From contig OZ024762.1 of the NCBI GenBank assembly GCA_964016885.1, positions 20,088,001 through 20,152,000 on the forward strand: a stretch of 64,000 nt of DNA, given 5' to 3'. Of this stretch, positions 1-12,087 are shown piece by piece. Both the position numbers and the translations under genes were made by a program. The DNA comes from Eledone cirrhosa. Its lineage: Eukaryota. Numbering within the stretch: position 1 is the first letter of the stretch; each line of letters begins with the position of its first letter. Under the pieces are notes generated by a model, which saw only the letters and a program-made list of their open reading frames with translations, had not been told where the DNA came from and searched no databases.

Positions 1-845
1 GTGTTGCCTACACGGCCACATTACAGCGTGGACTGTCTGGCGGGTTTTCTACAGCTGGATGCCCTTCCTAACACCAACCACATTTACAGTGTGGGGCTGG
101 GAGGTTTTTACCGTGTTGCCTACACGGCCACATTACAGCGTGGACTGTCTGGCGGGTTTTCTACAGCTGGATGCCCTTCCTAACACCAACCACATTTACA
201 GTGTGGGGCTGGGAGGTTTTTACCGTGTTGCCTACACGGCCACATTACAGCGTGGACTGTCTGGCGGGTTTTCTACAGCTGGATGCCCTTCCTAACACCA
301 ACCACATTTACAGTGTGGGGCTGGGAGGTTTTTACCGTGTTGCCTACACGGCCACATTACAGCGTGGACTGTCTGGCGGGTTTTCTACAGCTGGATGCCC
401 TTCCTAACACCAACCACATTTACAGTGTGGGGCTGGGAGGATTTTACCGTGTTGCCTACATGGCCACATTACAGCGTGGACTGTCTGGCGGGTTTTCTAC
501 AGCTGGATGCCCTTCCTAACACCAACCACATTTACAGTGTGGGGCTGGGAGGTTTTTACCGTGTTGCCTACACGGCCACATTACAGCGTGGACTGTCTGG
601 CGGGTTTTCTACAGCTGGATGCCCTTCCTAACACCAACCACATTTACAGTGTGGGGCTGGGAGGTTTTTACCGTGTTGCCTACACGGCCACATTACAGCG
701 TGGACTGTCTGGCGGGTTTTCTACAGCTGGATGCCCTTCCTAACACCAACCACATCTACAGTGTGGGGCTGGGAGGTTTTTACCGTGTTGCCTACACGGC
801 CACATTACAGCGTGGACTGTCTGGCGGGTTTTCTACAGCTGGATG

Positions 846-848
<3 letters not shown>
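1..848. repeat. 112-bp tandem array (~7.5 near-identical copies, truncated by the window edge) derived from RTE/SINE 3'-tail sequence
   Basis: ORF track repeats with a 112-nt period; the unit contains CTACAGCTGGATGCCCTTCCTAACACCAAC, which is also in the SINE/LINE tails at 12740, 36685, 60965 and 61635. Confidence 0.9.
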
Positions 849-891
<43 letters not shown>

Positions 892-977
892 GTAGGTCCC
901 GGGTTGAGTCGGGGATAACCACAGTAAGTAAGGTACTCAATACATGGCAGAGTAAAATTTTTTTATTTTATAGAAGG

Positions 978-1028
978 AGCTTCTACAGGACTAGTACTGT
1001 TTCATTCAGATGAAATCTTCAGGAAGCC
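978..1028 (-). ncRNA. Hammerhead ribozyme motif (type I) in a PLE-like fragment between (TA)n tracts
   Basis: - strand reads GCTTC-CTGAAGA-tTTCAtcTGAAt-GAAA-CAG tactagtc CTG-TA-GAAGC: core boxes, stem I GCTTC/GAAGC, stem III CAG/CTG, GUA cleavage triplet. Confidence 0.65.
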
Positions 1029-1032
1029 CTGA

Positions 1033-1033
1033 A

Positions 1034-1123
<90 letters not shown>

Positions 1124-1459
1124 TCATCATTTAACATTTATTTTCCACGCTAGCAATATATATATATATATATATATGTGTGTATGTGTATGTATGTATA
1201 TACATATGTATATATATGTGTGTATGTATATACATATGTATATATATGTGTATATGTATGTATATATATATGTGTGTGTATGTATATATATCTGTGTATG
1301 TATGTATATACATATGTATATATATATATGTGTGTATGTATATGTATGTATGTATGTATGTATATATATATGTGTGTATGTATATATATGTATGTAATGT
1401 ATCTATATGTATGTATGTATATATATGTATATATATATGTGTATGTATATATATGTATG

Positions 1460-1498
<39 letters not shown>

Positions 1499-1782
1499 GT
1501 ATATATATGTATGTATGTATGTATGTATTTGTATGTATGTATATATATGTTTATATATGTATGTATGTATATATATGTATATATATATGTGTGTATGTAT
1601 ATATATGTATGTATGTATGTATATATATGTATGTATGTATATATATGTTTATATATGTATGTATGTATATATATGTATGTATGTATATATACGTATGTAT
1701 GTATATATGTATATGTATACATATATGTATGTATGTGTGTGTGTATATATGTATATATATGTGTGTATATATATATATGTGT
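1033..1782. repeat. Compound (TA)/(TG)/(TATG) microsatellite
   Basis: Directly visible; source of the spurious Y/I/M/V/C-rich ORFs. Confidence 0.95.
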
Positions 1783-1785
1783 CTA

Positions 1786-2062
1786 AATATATACTTTATT
1801 ATATATATTTCAAAGGTACTGTGTTGTTTTTGCAGTACGTCCTCATCAGACAAAATATATGATTTGCTATATGACATACCGCTACAGTCTTGATTATTCA
1901 ATACTGCCAAGAGTGGATATATATATATACTGCCAATACTGGAATTGTATAATCAAGACCATAGCGGTATGTCATATATCAAATCATATATTTTATCTGA
2001 TGAGGACGTACTGAAAAAAACAGCACATACCTTTGAAATATATATAATAAAGTATATATTTT
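1786..2062. mobile_element. Inverted pair of PLE pLTR-like segments, each carrying a minimal hammerhead motif
   Basis: Arms ~1786-1901 and ~1946-2062 are reverse complements. + copy: ATATATTTTAT-CTGATGA(1997)-ggacgtactg...-GAAA(2035)tatataTA-ATAAAGTATAT. - copy has CTGATGA at 1849-1843 and stem II GTACTG/CAGTAC. Confidence 0.65.
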
Positions 2063-2271
2063 GATTATGCGAATATTTTTCATTTGTTAACATTTTGAAT
2101 AATATTAAAAACTGCAGGAAAACTTTTACTTGTTGAGTGCTTCTAATCTATTGTAAAACTGTATTTGTTGAGTAATCAACAAACCATATTAATCTTTGGT
2201 TATATGTCTATATATATATACATATGTATGTGTATATATATATATATATGTGTGTGTGTATATATATATAT

Positions 2272-3266
2272 GCACACACACACCAGCACCACCATGGCAC
2301 ACACACACACTCACCAGCACGACCATGGCACACACACACACTCACCAGCACCACCATGGCGCGCACACACACACCAGCACCACCATGTCACACATACACA
2401 CACACCAGCACCACCATATCACACACACACACCAGCACCACCATGTCACACACACACACACCAGCACCACCATGGCACACACACACACACTCACCAGCAC
2501 CACCATGGCACACACACACACACACACACACCAGCACTACCACCACATCACACACACACCAGCACTACCACCACATCACACACACACCAGCACTACCACC
2601 ACATCACACACACACCAGCGAATTTAAGCTAGTTTTTGGTGGTTAGCTTTCCTCCATGTTTGAATTGCCCATGTCACTGCAGCGTATGTCACATACAAAC
2701 CTATACATACACATGCTCAGACACACAACACACACAAATACACTTACATATACACACACACTGTTACATACACACACACAAAGGCAGAGACACATGCACA
2801 CAGCAAATAGACACACACACACACACACAGACAAATGCACATACTCACACACTGATATATACACACACACACAAATGCAGAAACACATGCACACAGCAAA
2901 TAGAGACACACACACAGACACATGCACATACTCACACACACACAAATACAGAGACACATGCACACAGCAAATAGAGACACACACACATAGACAAATGCAC
3001 ATACACACACAAATGCAGAGACATATGCACACAGCAAATAGAGACACACACACAGACACATGCACATACTCACACACTGATACATACACACACACACACA
3101 TGCACACACACAAATGCACATACTCACACACTGATACATACACACACACACAAATGCACAGACACATGCACACATCAGATACATATGCACATACACATAC
3201 TGACACATACACACACAAATGCACATTCACACAGTGACACACACAGAGACACACACACATGCACAC
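2272..3266. repeat. CA-rich compound mini/microsatellites (CACCAGCACCACCATG-type unit, then ACAC/AGAC-rich)
   Basis: Directly visible. Confidence 0.9.
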
Positions 3267-3305
3267 TATGATGATGATGATGATATGTTTATTTTGTCTC
3301 TTCAG

Positions 3306-3552
3306 CTCCAGAAACCCTCACTGAAGTCCAAGTGGTAGAAATGCCTATTATTGATAATGTCTACCCTAAACCAGAATTCATCCCACTTGCCATCCCAGAA
3401 GATCTCGCTCCACGACTTCTCCGGTTACACGGTGACCCTGCAGTATGGTGGATCGGTCAGTTTGTACGCTATCTAGTTCGACCACAACCAGCATTAGAGA
3501 AGGACATCAATGATACCAAAAAGCGCTTGGGCTTTCAAAATCCTATTGTTGG
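3306..3552 (+). CDS. FUT8: Alpha-1,6-fucosyltransferase, internal exon (..[50 protein letters not shown])
   Basis: Matches the FUT8 HGDPAVWW region; acceptor tgtctcttcag|3306 and donor GG|gtaagt at 3553; earlier exons presumably lie upstream of the window. Confidence 0.96.
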
Positions 3553-3746
3553 GTAAGTTATGTGACATTGTTTTAGGCATAATTAATTGATTTCATCACG
3601 TTAAAAATTAAAATCAAGGCCTTTACTCTAATACTGCAAATTTTCACAACAATCTGTCCACTAAAGAGATACTATAAACATTTAAATTAATAAACCTCAT
3701 TAACAAAACATTTTGAAAAGTAGAAAACAGCACTGTGACAATCGCA

Positions 3747-3949
3747 TTAACCCTTTAGCATTCACATTACTCTATATATACTATTATATTTTCATGGTAA
3801 AGGCTTTATCTCACAATGTCGAATCTATGAGATTTTGAAACTATTTATTTTGAGAACAATACCTTAACATCAGTTTGAGTGACCAGTTACAGTCAGTTTC
3901 AACAGAAAGAGGTAGAGAATTCTGGCCGGTTTGAACATTAAAGGGTTAA
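3747..3949. mobile_element. ~200-bp MITE with TTAA-CCCTTT...AAAGGG-TTAA ends (piggyBac-like non-autonomous element)
   Basis: TIRs and TTAA flanks visible; homologous copies at 6501-6710, 12315-12527, ~18540-19140 and 60693-61260. Confidence 0.7.
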
Positions 3950-4140
3950 AAATTAAGGTCTTTACTCTAATACTGCAAATTTTCACAACAATCTGTCCAC
4001 TAAAAAGATACTATAAATATTTGAATTAACAAAAACCACATTAGCAAGACATTATTACAAAGTAGTGAGACTCTATCACATTAAAATTGCTCAACAAAAC
4101 ATGTGCTCCTGTGTTTCTCTCATATTATGTCTTCATTGTA

Positions 4141-4322
4141 GTGGATTGGCATTATCGGTAGAGGGTCGGACGCCATACTTTGGCGCATTGAGTTACGGCC
4201 CTTGCCATTCTGAGTTCAAATCCCGCCGAGGTTAACTTTGCCTTTCATCCTTACGGGGTCGATAAAATAAAGTACCAGTAATACACTGGGTAATTGCTGG
4301 CCTTGTGCCTAACGTAGAAACG
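4141..4322 (+). mobile_element. tRNA-derived SINE (Nin-domain-like core GCCTTTCATCCTTACGGGGTCGATAAAATAAAGTACCAG)
   Basis: A-box-like TGGCA..ATCGG, B-box GAGTTCAAATCC and a core shared by >15 copies in the window. Confidence 0.85.
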
Positions 4323-4418
4323 GTTATGTCTTCATTGTAGTATTGAATTAAATATATTAAAAATTTGTCCCATGGACTTACTGTTCTACAACTTGGGTAT
4401 CTTTACCAAACTATTGCT

Positions 4419-4768
4419 ACTATATATATAATATATATACATGAAGATGTGTGACTTAGTGGTTAGAGCCTCAGGCTTACAATCGTGAGGTTGTGAGTTT
4501 GATTCCCAGAACAGGCTGTGTGTTGTATTCTTGAGCAAGACACTTTATTTCATGTTGCTCCAGTTTACTATATATATAATATATATACATGAAGATGTGT
4601 GACTTAGTGGTTAGAGCCTCAGGCTTACAATCGTGAGGTTGTGAGTTTGATTCCCAGATCAGGCTGTGTGTTGTATTCTTGAGCAAGATACTTTATTTCA
4701 TGTTGCTCCAGTTTACTATATATATAATATATATACATGAAGATGTGTGACTTAGTGGTTAGAGCCTC
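4419..4768 (+). repeat. Tandem duplication (~2.3 x ~147 bp) of the head of a second tRNA-SINE family
   Basis: GACTTAGTGGTTAGAG..GAGTTTGATTCCC..CTTGAGCAAGACACTTTATTTCA repeated. Confidence 0.8.
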
Positions 4769-5019
4769 ACAGAGTGTGTGACGAAAGGACTATGACTATA
4801 TATAAACAACTATCTGGTTGTGGAACCAACCAACCAACCAGAAATTTATAAGTTTGTAAATTTGTAAATTTATAAATTTATAAATATATAATAAATTGAA
4901 GTGAAAGCAACTGGTGCGTGTGTTTCTTATTGGCAACATGACCCTCCCAAAGTATAACAATATCGGTTTCAACACACGATTTCAGATAAAGAATCTTACT
5001 AAACAAATTCAGAAACGAA

Positions 5020-5050
<31 letters not shown>

Positions 5051-5083
5051 ATATATTATATATATATATATATTATATATATA

Positions 5084-5253
<170 letters not shown>

Positions 5254-5545
5254 AAAATGGAACGGGAACAAAACAGAGAGGCAGTATGAACAAAGGTTTA
5301 TTAGTTTCACGCTCTTGAGAACAAAATGTATATATAAAAGGCTCCCAGTCCACACTGTAAAGGTGGTTGGTGTTAGGGAGGGCATCCAGCCGTAGAAAAC
5401 CTACCAGAGACACGGTCTCCCGACCATTCCCGCATCAAATGGAACAAAACGATGATGATGATGTATGCATGTGTATATATATATATATATTTAAACGATG
5501 ATGATGATGATATATATATATACAAACAGGGTGTATTATTATGAT

Positions 5546-5760
5546 GTGGATTGGCAGTATCGTTAGTGCATCAGACACCATGCCTTGCAGCATAGAGTTA
5601 CGGCCCTTTACGGTCTGAGTTCAAATCCTGCCAAAGTTAACTTTGCCTTTCGTTCTTACAGGGTCGATAAAATAATGCACCAGTAATGTACTGGGGTCGA
5701 TTTAATCGACTTCCCCTTGCCCTTCAAATTACTGGCCTTGGGCCCCTAAAGTTGAAACAA
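5546..5760 (+). mobile_element. tRNA-SINE copy ending ~35 nt before a FUT8 acceptor
   Basis: Same family as 4141-4322. Confidence 0.85.
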
Positions 5761-5793
5761 CTATTGTGATTGATTTTTCATCTTTCTTTTCAG

Positions 5794-5976
5794 TGTTCAT
5801 GTACGTCGGACAGACAAGGTTGGGACAGAAGCTGCTTACCACAGCCTGGAAGAGTACATGACCCATGTAGAGGATTACTATAGACAGATAGAGATGACCA
5901 CAGGTCATTCTATTGAAACCAAACAAGTGTATTTGGCATCTGATGACCCTAATGTTCTTGCAGATGCTGTGAATAA
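5794..5976 (+). CDS. FUT8: FUT8 exon with the GDP-fucose-binding motifs (VHVRRTDKVGTEAAYH..VYLASDDP)
   Basis: Not in the ORF track; manual translation gives VHVRRTDKVGTEAAYHSLEEYMTHVEDYYRQIEMTTGHSIETKQVYLASDDPNVLADAVNK; acceptor tttctttcag, donor AA|gtaagt; phases match both neighbours. Confidence 0.96.
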
Positions 5977-6142
5977 GTAAGTTGGAACGAATTTGGTTTC
6001 ATTCGATCAATTTATTGGTTCTTTGTTATTATTTGGAACTTCCTTTGAATTCTGATTCTTTCCCACATCTTGCTAAATGTCGGCCTGACACCTGAAATAA
6101 AATTTGGTAAAACACACATTTAACAATCAATTATTATACAAA

Positions 6143-6470
6143 GGGCGGTGGATTGGCAGTATCGGTGGAGGGTCGGACGCCATGCTTTCCAGCATAGTTA
6201 CGTCCCTTTACGATCTGAGTTCAAATCCCGCCGAGGTTGACTTTGCCTTTCATCCTTGCGGGGTCGATAAAATAAAGTACCAGTAATGCACTGGGTAATT
6301 GCTGGCCTTGTGCCTAAAGTAGAAACAATTATTATACAAAGGGCCTTTATAATCTGAGTTCAAATCCCGCCGAGGTTAACTTTGCCTTTCATCCTTGCGA
6401 GGTCGATAAAATAAAGTACCAGTAATGCACTGGGTAATTGCTGGCCTTGTGTCAAAACTAGAAACAATTA
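6143..6470 (+). mobile_element. Two tandem tRNA-SINE copies (second is 5'-truncated)
   Basis: Core motif at ~6245 and ~6383. Confidence 0.85.
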
Positions 6471-6746
6471 TTATACAAATGATGCCACAAGTAAATGAGG
6501 TTAACCCTTTACCATTTACATTACTCTATATTTACTATTATATTTTCATAGTAAAAGCTTTACCTCACATAATTATCTCATATAATATAAAATTTACGAA
6601 ACTTTGATATTATTTATTTTGAGAATTATACCTTAACATCAGTATGAGCAGCCGGTTTGAACAGGAAGAGATGAGAGAAATCTGGCCTGATACAGCCGGT
6701 TTAAATTTAAAATTATGTTTTTATTTATTTTTTTTATTTTTTGCAG

Positions 6747-6897
6747 ATACCCAAATTATAATTTTATTTATGATTCTGAAAACTCCAAAACAGCAGGTCT
6801 GGGTACACGTTACAGCACTGCATCTTTGAGAGGCATCATATTTGACATTCACTTCCTTTCTTTGTGTGACTACTTAGTGTGTACATTTTCATCACAG
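6747..6897 (+). CDS. FUT8: FUT8 exon ([34 protein letters not shown])
   Basis: Motif [14 protein letters not shown]; acceptor ttttttgcag, donor CAG|gtaaat. Confidence 0.96.
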
Positions 6898-6929
6898 GTA
6901 AATATTCAACTTTCCCATCTACATACACC

Positions 6930-6968
<39 letters not shown>

Positions 6969-6987
6969 TTTGTCACTTACCATATTT

Positions 6988-7721
6988 GATGGCATCCAAC
7001 TGTAGAAACCAAGCCAGAATCAGTTCTGTATGAGTAAGACATGGTCACCTGATCTGACTTGTCTCACAAAAGGACAACTCGTCTAACCCATGCTAGCGTG
7101 AAAAAATGGATATTAAACAGGTCAACTCGTCTAACCCATGCTAGCATCAAAAAATGGATATTAAACAGGACAACTCGTCTAACCCATGCTACCGTGAAAA
7201 AATGGATATTAAACAGGCCAATTCGTCTAACCCATGCTAGCGTGAAAAAATGGATATTAAACAGGCCAACTCGTCTAACCCATGCTAGCATGGAAAAATG
7301 GACGTTAAATAGGACAACTCATCTAACCCATGCTAGCATGAAAAAATGGATATTAAACAGGCCAATTCGTCTAACCCATACTAGCATGAAAAAATGGATA
7401 TTAAACAGGCCAATTCGTCTAACCCATACTAGCATGAAAAAATGGATATTAAACAGGCCAATTCGTCTAACCCATACTAGCATGAAAAAATGGATATTAA
7501 ACAGGCCAACTCATCTAACCCATGCTAGCATGGAAAAATAGACGTTAAATAGGACAACTCATCTAACCCATGCTAGCATGGAAAAATGGACGTTAAATAG
7601 GACAACTCATCTAACCCATGCTAGCATGGAAAAATGGACGTTAAATAGGACAACTCATCTAACCCATACTAGCATGGAAAAATGGACGTTAAATAGGACA
7701 ACTCATCTAACCCATGCTAGC
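6988..7721 (+). repeat. RTE-type 3' tail followed by a 48-bp tandem array (~13 copies) of its own terminus
   Basis: Unit AGGACAACTCGTCTAACCCATGCTAGCATGGAAAAATGGACGTTAAAT matches the terminus just before the (GAT)n tail in the - strand copy at 61500-61660. Confidence 0.85.
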
Positions 7722-8313
7722 GACTAACCGTGCATCTCCATTTCAGCAAGGGGATATTATAAGTGTAAGGTATTTAACCCTATCACAAATTAAATACTTT
7801 GTAATTTGAGAAAGTGAGTGTCCCAAAGGCAGAAAATAACTCTTATAACAGGCGATTGCTATAAATAATAGTTGAGAAAATTGGAGAAATTACCTTTAGA
7901 GATGAAAGAAATGGACACAGGTGCCACCCCTCAAGATAATTTACCCAATTTCCTCAACTATTATTTATAGAGATTGACTGTTATTATAGTTATTTTTCTA
8001 CATTCAGGACCCTCGTGTTTTAAAATTTCAAACATTTATGAGCAAAACCAACTAGCAGGGATCCTGAGTAAGATGGCTGGATAACATCCATAAACTCAGC
8101 TGGTCTCACTTGGAGACAGTTGCTTCTAGAAATACCAGCCAAATATTTGGCTGGTATTTCTAACTACCGTCTGAGTTGTTCATACATATAATGTACGTTT
8201 TAATTAAATTGTTGGGGGGATATATATATATATATAGGAACCACTCTACTACCCTAAGTATTGAGTACTTTGGTGCGTTATGGTCCACCTGGTTCCTTAC
8301 CACATTTCCTTCG

Positions 8314-8375
<62 letters not shown>

Positions 8376-8441
8376 GTTATTCCGGGTTGAATCGGAGGTA
8401 ACCACAGTTAGTAAGGTACTCAATACATAGCAGAGTATAAA

Positions 8442-8570
8442 AGTTTTAATATAGAAGAGATTCTACAGGACTAGAACTGTTTCATTCTTTAGAAATCATC
8501 AGGAATCTGATTCCTGATGATTTCTAAAGAATGAAACAGTTCTAGTCCTGCAGAATCTCTTCTATATTAA

Positions 8571-8574
<4 letters not shown>
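8442..8574. ncRNA. Near-perfect palindrome of two back-to-back hammerhead motifs
   Basis: 66-bp arms centred on 8508 with one mismatch (8465/8551); each arm reads GATTC-CTGATGA-tTTCtaaaGAAt-GAAA-CAG..CTG-[T/C]A-GAATC. Confidence 0.75.
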
Positions 8575-8636
<62 letters not shown>

Positions 8637-9915
8637 ACATACATAGAGAGGGAGAGAGAGTGAGAGAAACAGAATGAAAGGGAGGTAATACAGGCGTGAA
8701 AAATTTTTTCTTTCTGAATATATTTCTAGATGAAGTATAATATTGATAATCATTCTAAACCCTCACCATATATTCCGAAAGAGTTATCTCACCTTTATTT
8801 CGTCTCTCTCTCTCTCTGTCTCACTCTCACTCTCTCTCTCTCTATATATATATATCAATAACTAAAATTTTACTTAACATAATTTCGAGTTTCGTCGGCT
8901 ACTTACGTATGGTGCAACCATTCTATGTGTTTGAAGATCGAATCGTTGCGAGGGCACGTTGCTTAAGTGATGCCGGGACTATTTACAGCTGGCTTTATGC
9001 TGGCCTGCGTCTCGAACCGCACAGAGCAATTATTTTTTTTTTAATTTTTACTAGAGCTATCTACCTTTATTGTCTTTTCACTAGAGTTATTTGCCTTTAT
9101 ACGATTCTTTTTTTTTTTTTCAACTTCTTTATTGAATTGAACCGGTGACATAATTCATTTTACACCGGTACTTTTCAAAAATCAGTTTTGATGTCGGTAG
9201 TGTATTATTTGTCTCTCTCTCTTACGTATGTTCATATCCAGTGCAGATGAAAAGTTGTCTTTTGACAAGCTTTCTACGATTATATGCTCTTCCTCAATCC
9301 AACTACTTTACAGCGTGTACTGGGCATTTTCGTGGCACCATCACTAGAGAAGTTTTTGGTCTTAGAGCCCTCTAAGCTCTGGAGGGAGATGAGTAGTTAT
9401 ACATTCGTTTGTGGGGATTTGGCAGAGCAATGAGTAAAGAGTAGGGCTGGCAGAAATATAACAGCCTCCCAAGTTTTGGTGACCTACACGCTGTAAAGTG
9501 GTTGGTGATAGGGAGGGCATTCGGCTATAAAAAGCTTGCCAAACAATGGGTTGCGAGGACCTTTCACTTTTGTCAAAGTCATGACAACCTCTCCTGTGCA
9601 CTTGGTAGAATGTGAGACTGTACGTAAGTGAGATGCAGATCCCTGGCTTGTTCGGGAGATCAGTAACCCTGCTTCAGTACTGACTTGATCTATGTTGACC
9701 AGCCCAACCCTTGCTAGCAGGGAAAGCGGACATTAAAACGATTATACACATGTATGTTTGTATGTATGTATACATACATATATCTGCCAGTCTTGTATTG
9801 TAGAAGCAAGAGTGGTTTGGTATAAGAAATAAATTTTTAATAAGAAATTTTATCATGAAATGGTTAAGGAGAAGAGGCATGTAAATGTGTTACACAACTT
9901 AACATATGATCCAAT

Positions 9916-10100
9916 GGCGGTGGATTGGCAGTATCGGTAGAGGGTCGGACGCCATGCTTTCCAGCATAGTTATGTCCCTTTACGATCTGAGTTCAAATCC
10001 CGCCAAGGTTGACTTTGCCTTTCATCCTTACGGGGTCGATAAAATAAAGTACCAGTAATGCACTGGGATAATTGCTGGCCTTGTGCCAAAAAGTAGAAAC
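9916..10100 (+). mobile_element. tRNA-SINE copy upstream of the last FUT8 exon
   Basis: Same family as 4141-4322. Confidence 0.85.
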
Positions 10101-10152
10101 AATTATATGATCCAACCTGCTATCTTCAAGATATTTTTCTTTCTCTCCACAG

Positions 10153-10482
10153 GTTTGCCGTGTTGCTTACGAATTGATGCAGACTTATCACGGAGATGCA
10201 TCGCAGATGTTCTACTCCCTAGACGATATCTACTACTTTGGTGGCCAGAATGCTCACAATGTGAGAGCCATACAGAAGCACGTTGCTCAACGTAAAGAGG
10301 AGATATCATTTGAAATTGGGGACTCAATTGGAATTGCAGGGAATCATTGGGATGGCTATTCTAAAGGAGTTCATAGGAAGCTGGGAAAAAGTGGACTATT
10401 CCCATCATACAAGACTGTTAATAAAGTAGTGACTGTTAAATTTCCTCATTATCCTGAAGTCCCCTTAACAAAACAGACGTGA
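10153..10482 (+). CDS. FUT8: FUT8 terminal exon including the SH3 domain ([41 protein letters not shown]), stop TGA
   Basis: Acceptor ctctccacag|10153; in frame with ORF 10174-10482; recognisable FUT8 C-terminus. Confidence 0.96.
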   Translation, partial: VCRVAYELMQTYHGDASQMFYSLDDIYYFGGQNAHNVRAIQKHVAQRKEEISFEIGDSIGIAGNHWDGYSKGVHRKLGKSGLFPSYKTVNKVVTVKFPHYPEVPLTKQT

Positions 10483-10585
10483 CGATTTCACAAAGAATAT
10501 ATTCTTTAAAAGCAAAAGAAAGAAAAAAAAAAATTGAAATTATTTTGTAATTTTTATTCTATTAATTATTATCATCATTGTGCAA

Positions 10586-12038
10586 GGGTGGTGGATTGGC
10601 AGAATCGGTAGAGTGTCGGACACCATGCTTTGTGGCATGGAGTTACCTCCCTTTACGTTCTGAGTTCAGATCCTGCCAAGGTTAGCTTTGCCTTTCATCC
10701 TTACAGGGGTCGATAAAATAAAGTACCAGTAATACACTGGGGGGTCGATTTAATTGACTTTTTCCCTCCCCCTCCCCCCACCCACCCACAAAAAAAATTG
10801 CTGGCCTTGTGCCTAAATCAGAAACCATTATTATTATTATCATGTAAGGTTGCGAATTGGCAGAGTGTTTTAATTGCATTGGATAATACCTTGCAGTGTT
10901 TGTTTTGGGGTTCACTGTGCCCTCAGTTCAAATGCCACTGAAGTCAACTTTGCCTTTTATTCTTCCCAGGGGTTGAATGGAATAAAGTACCAGTCATGTA
11001 CTGGGATCAATTCAATTGATTTACCCATCCCCACAAAGTGCTGGCCTTGTGCCTAAATTAGAAAATATTATAATTGGGGCAGTTGATTGGCAGAATCGGT
11101 AGAGCGTCAGACAACATTGTGACATGTTATGGCCCTTTATGTTCTGGGTTCAAATCCTGTCGTGGTTAACTTTGCCTTTCATCCTTACAGGGGGTTGATA
11201 AAATAAAGTACCAGTAATGTACTGGGGGTCAATTTAACTGACTTTCCTCTCCCCCAAAATTGTTGGCCTTGTACTTAAATCAGAAACCATTATTATTAGG
11301 GCAGTATCGGTAGAGGGTCGGACGCCATGCTTTGACGCATAGAGTTACGGCCCTTGCCATTCTGAGTTCAAATCCCGCCGAGGTTAACTTTGCCTTTCAT
11401 CCTTACGGGGTTGATAAAATAAAGTACCAGTAATGCACTGGGATAATTTCTGGCCTTGTGCCAAAAGTAGAAACAATTATTATTAGGGCAGTGAATTGGC
11501 AGAATACCTTGTGGTATTTGTTCAAGTTTTTTTACATTCTGAGTTCAAATTGTGCCAAGGTCAACTTTGCCTTTCATCAGTCGATAACAATAAAGTACCA
11601 GTGATTTACTGGGAGTCAATATAATCGACTTTTCCCCCCTCACCTCACCCCTCCACCTAAAATTGCTGGCCTTGTGCTAAAGTTAAAAACCATTATTTTC
11701 TCCTATTATTGATTTGAATAAAAAAGAAAAAAAAAAAAAAATGGCACCAAAGATGATGAGATCATTTCCTGCTGCAAGTGGGGGGGGGGGGTCACGTGTA
11801 ACCCAAGAATAAGGACACTTAAAACCTTTACATGCCTATGGGGCGACATGCCCAATTAAGAAGTCATTGCCATTATTATTATTATTTTATTATTATGAAT
11901 ATTATTATTCATCCTTCTGAGGGAGGGGGAGGGTCGCTAAAATAAAATAAAATACCAGTCACATACTGGGGTATTTCGATATAATTAACTTCCTCCACTC
12001 CCACAAAATATTGCTGGCCTTGTGTCTAAATTAGAAAC

Positions 12039-12040
<2 letters not shown>
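10586..12040 (+). mobile_element. Head-to-tail cluster of ~6 tRNA-SINE copies separated by (ATT)n, downstream of the FUT8 stop
   Basis: Copies at about 10586, 10845, 11077, 11300, 11487 and 11910, all on the + strand. Confidence 0.85.

Positions 12041-12087
<47 letters not shown>

Noticed and set aside
1101-3266. Long Y/I/H/T/V/C-rich ORFs here and at 44-47 kb and 50-55 kb
   Set aside because: Translations of dinucleotide microsatellites
4141-4235. A/B-box sequences as tRNA genes (also ~57262-57330)
   Set aside because: No complete cloverleaf; they are SINE heads, mostly continuing into SINE body sequence
7059-7541. 160-aa basic repeat ORF in a FUT8 intron as an alternative exon
   Set aside because: 48-bp array that is in frame by arithmetic; no flanking splice sites, and the FUT8 exons join correctly without it
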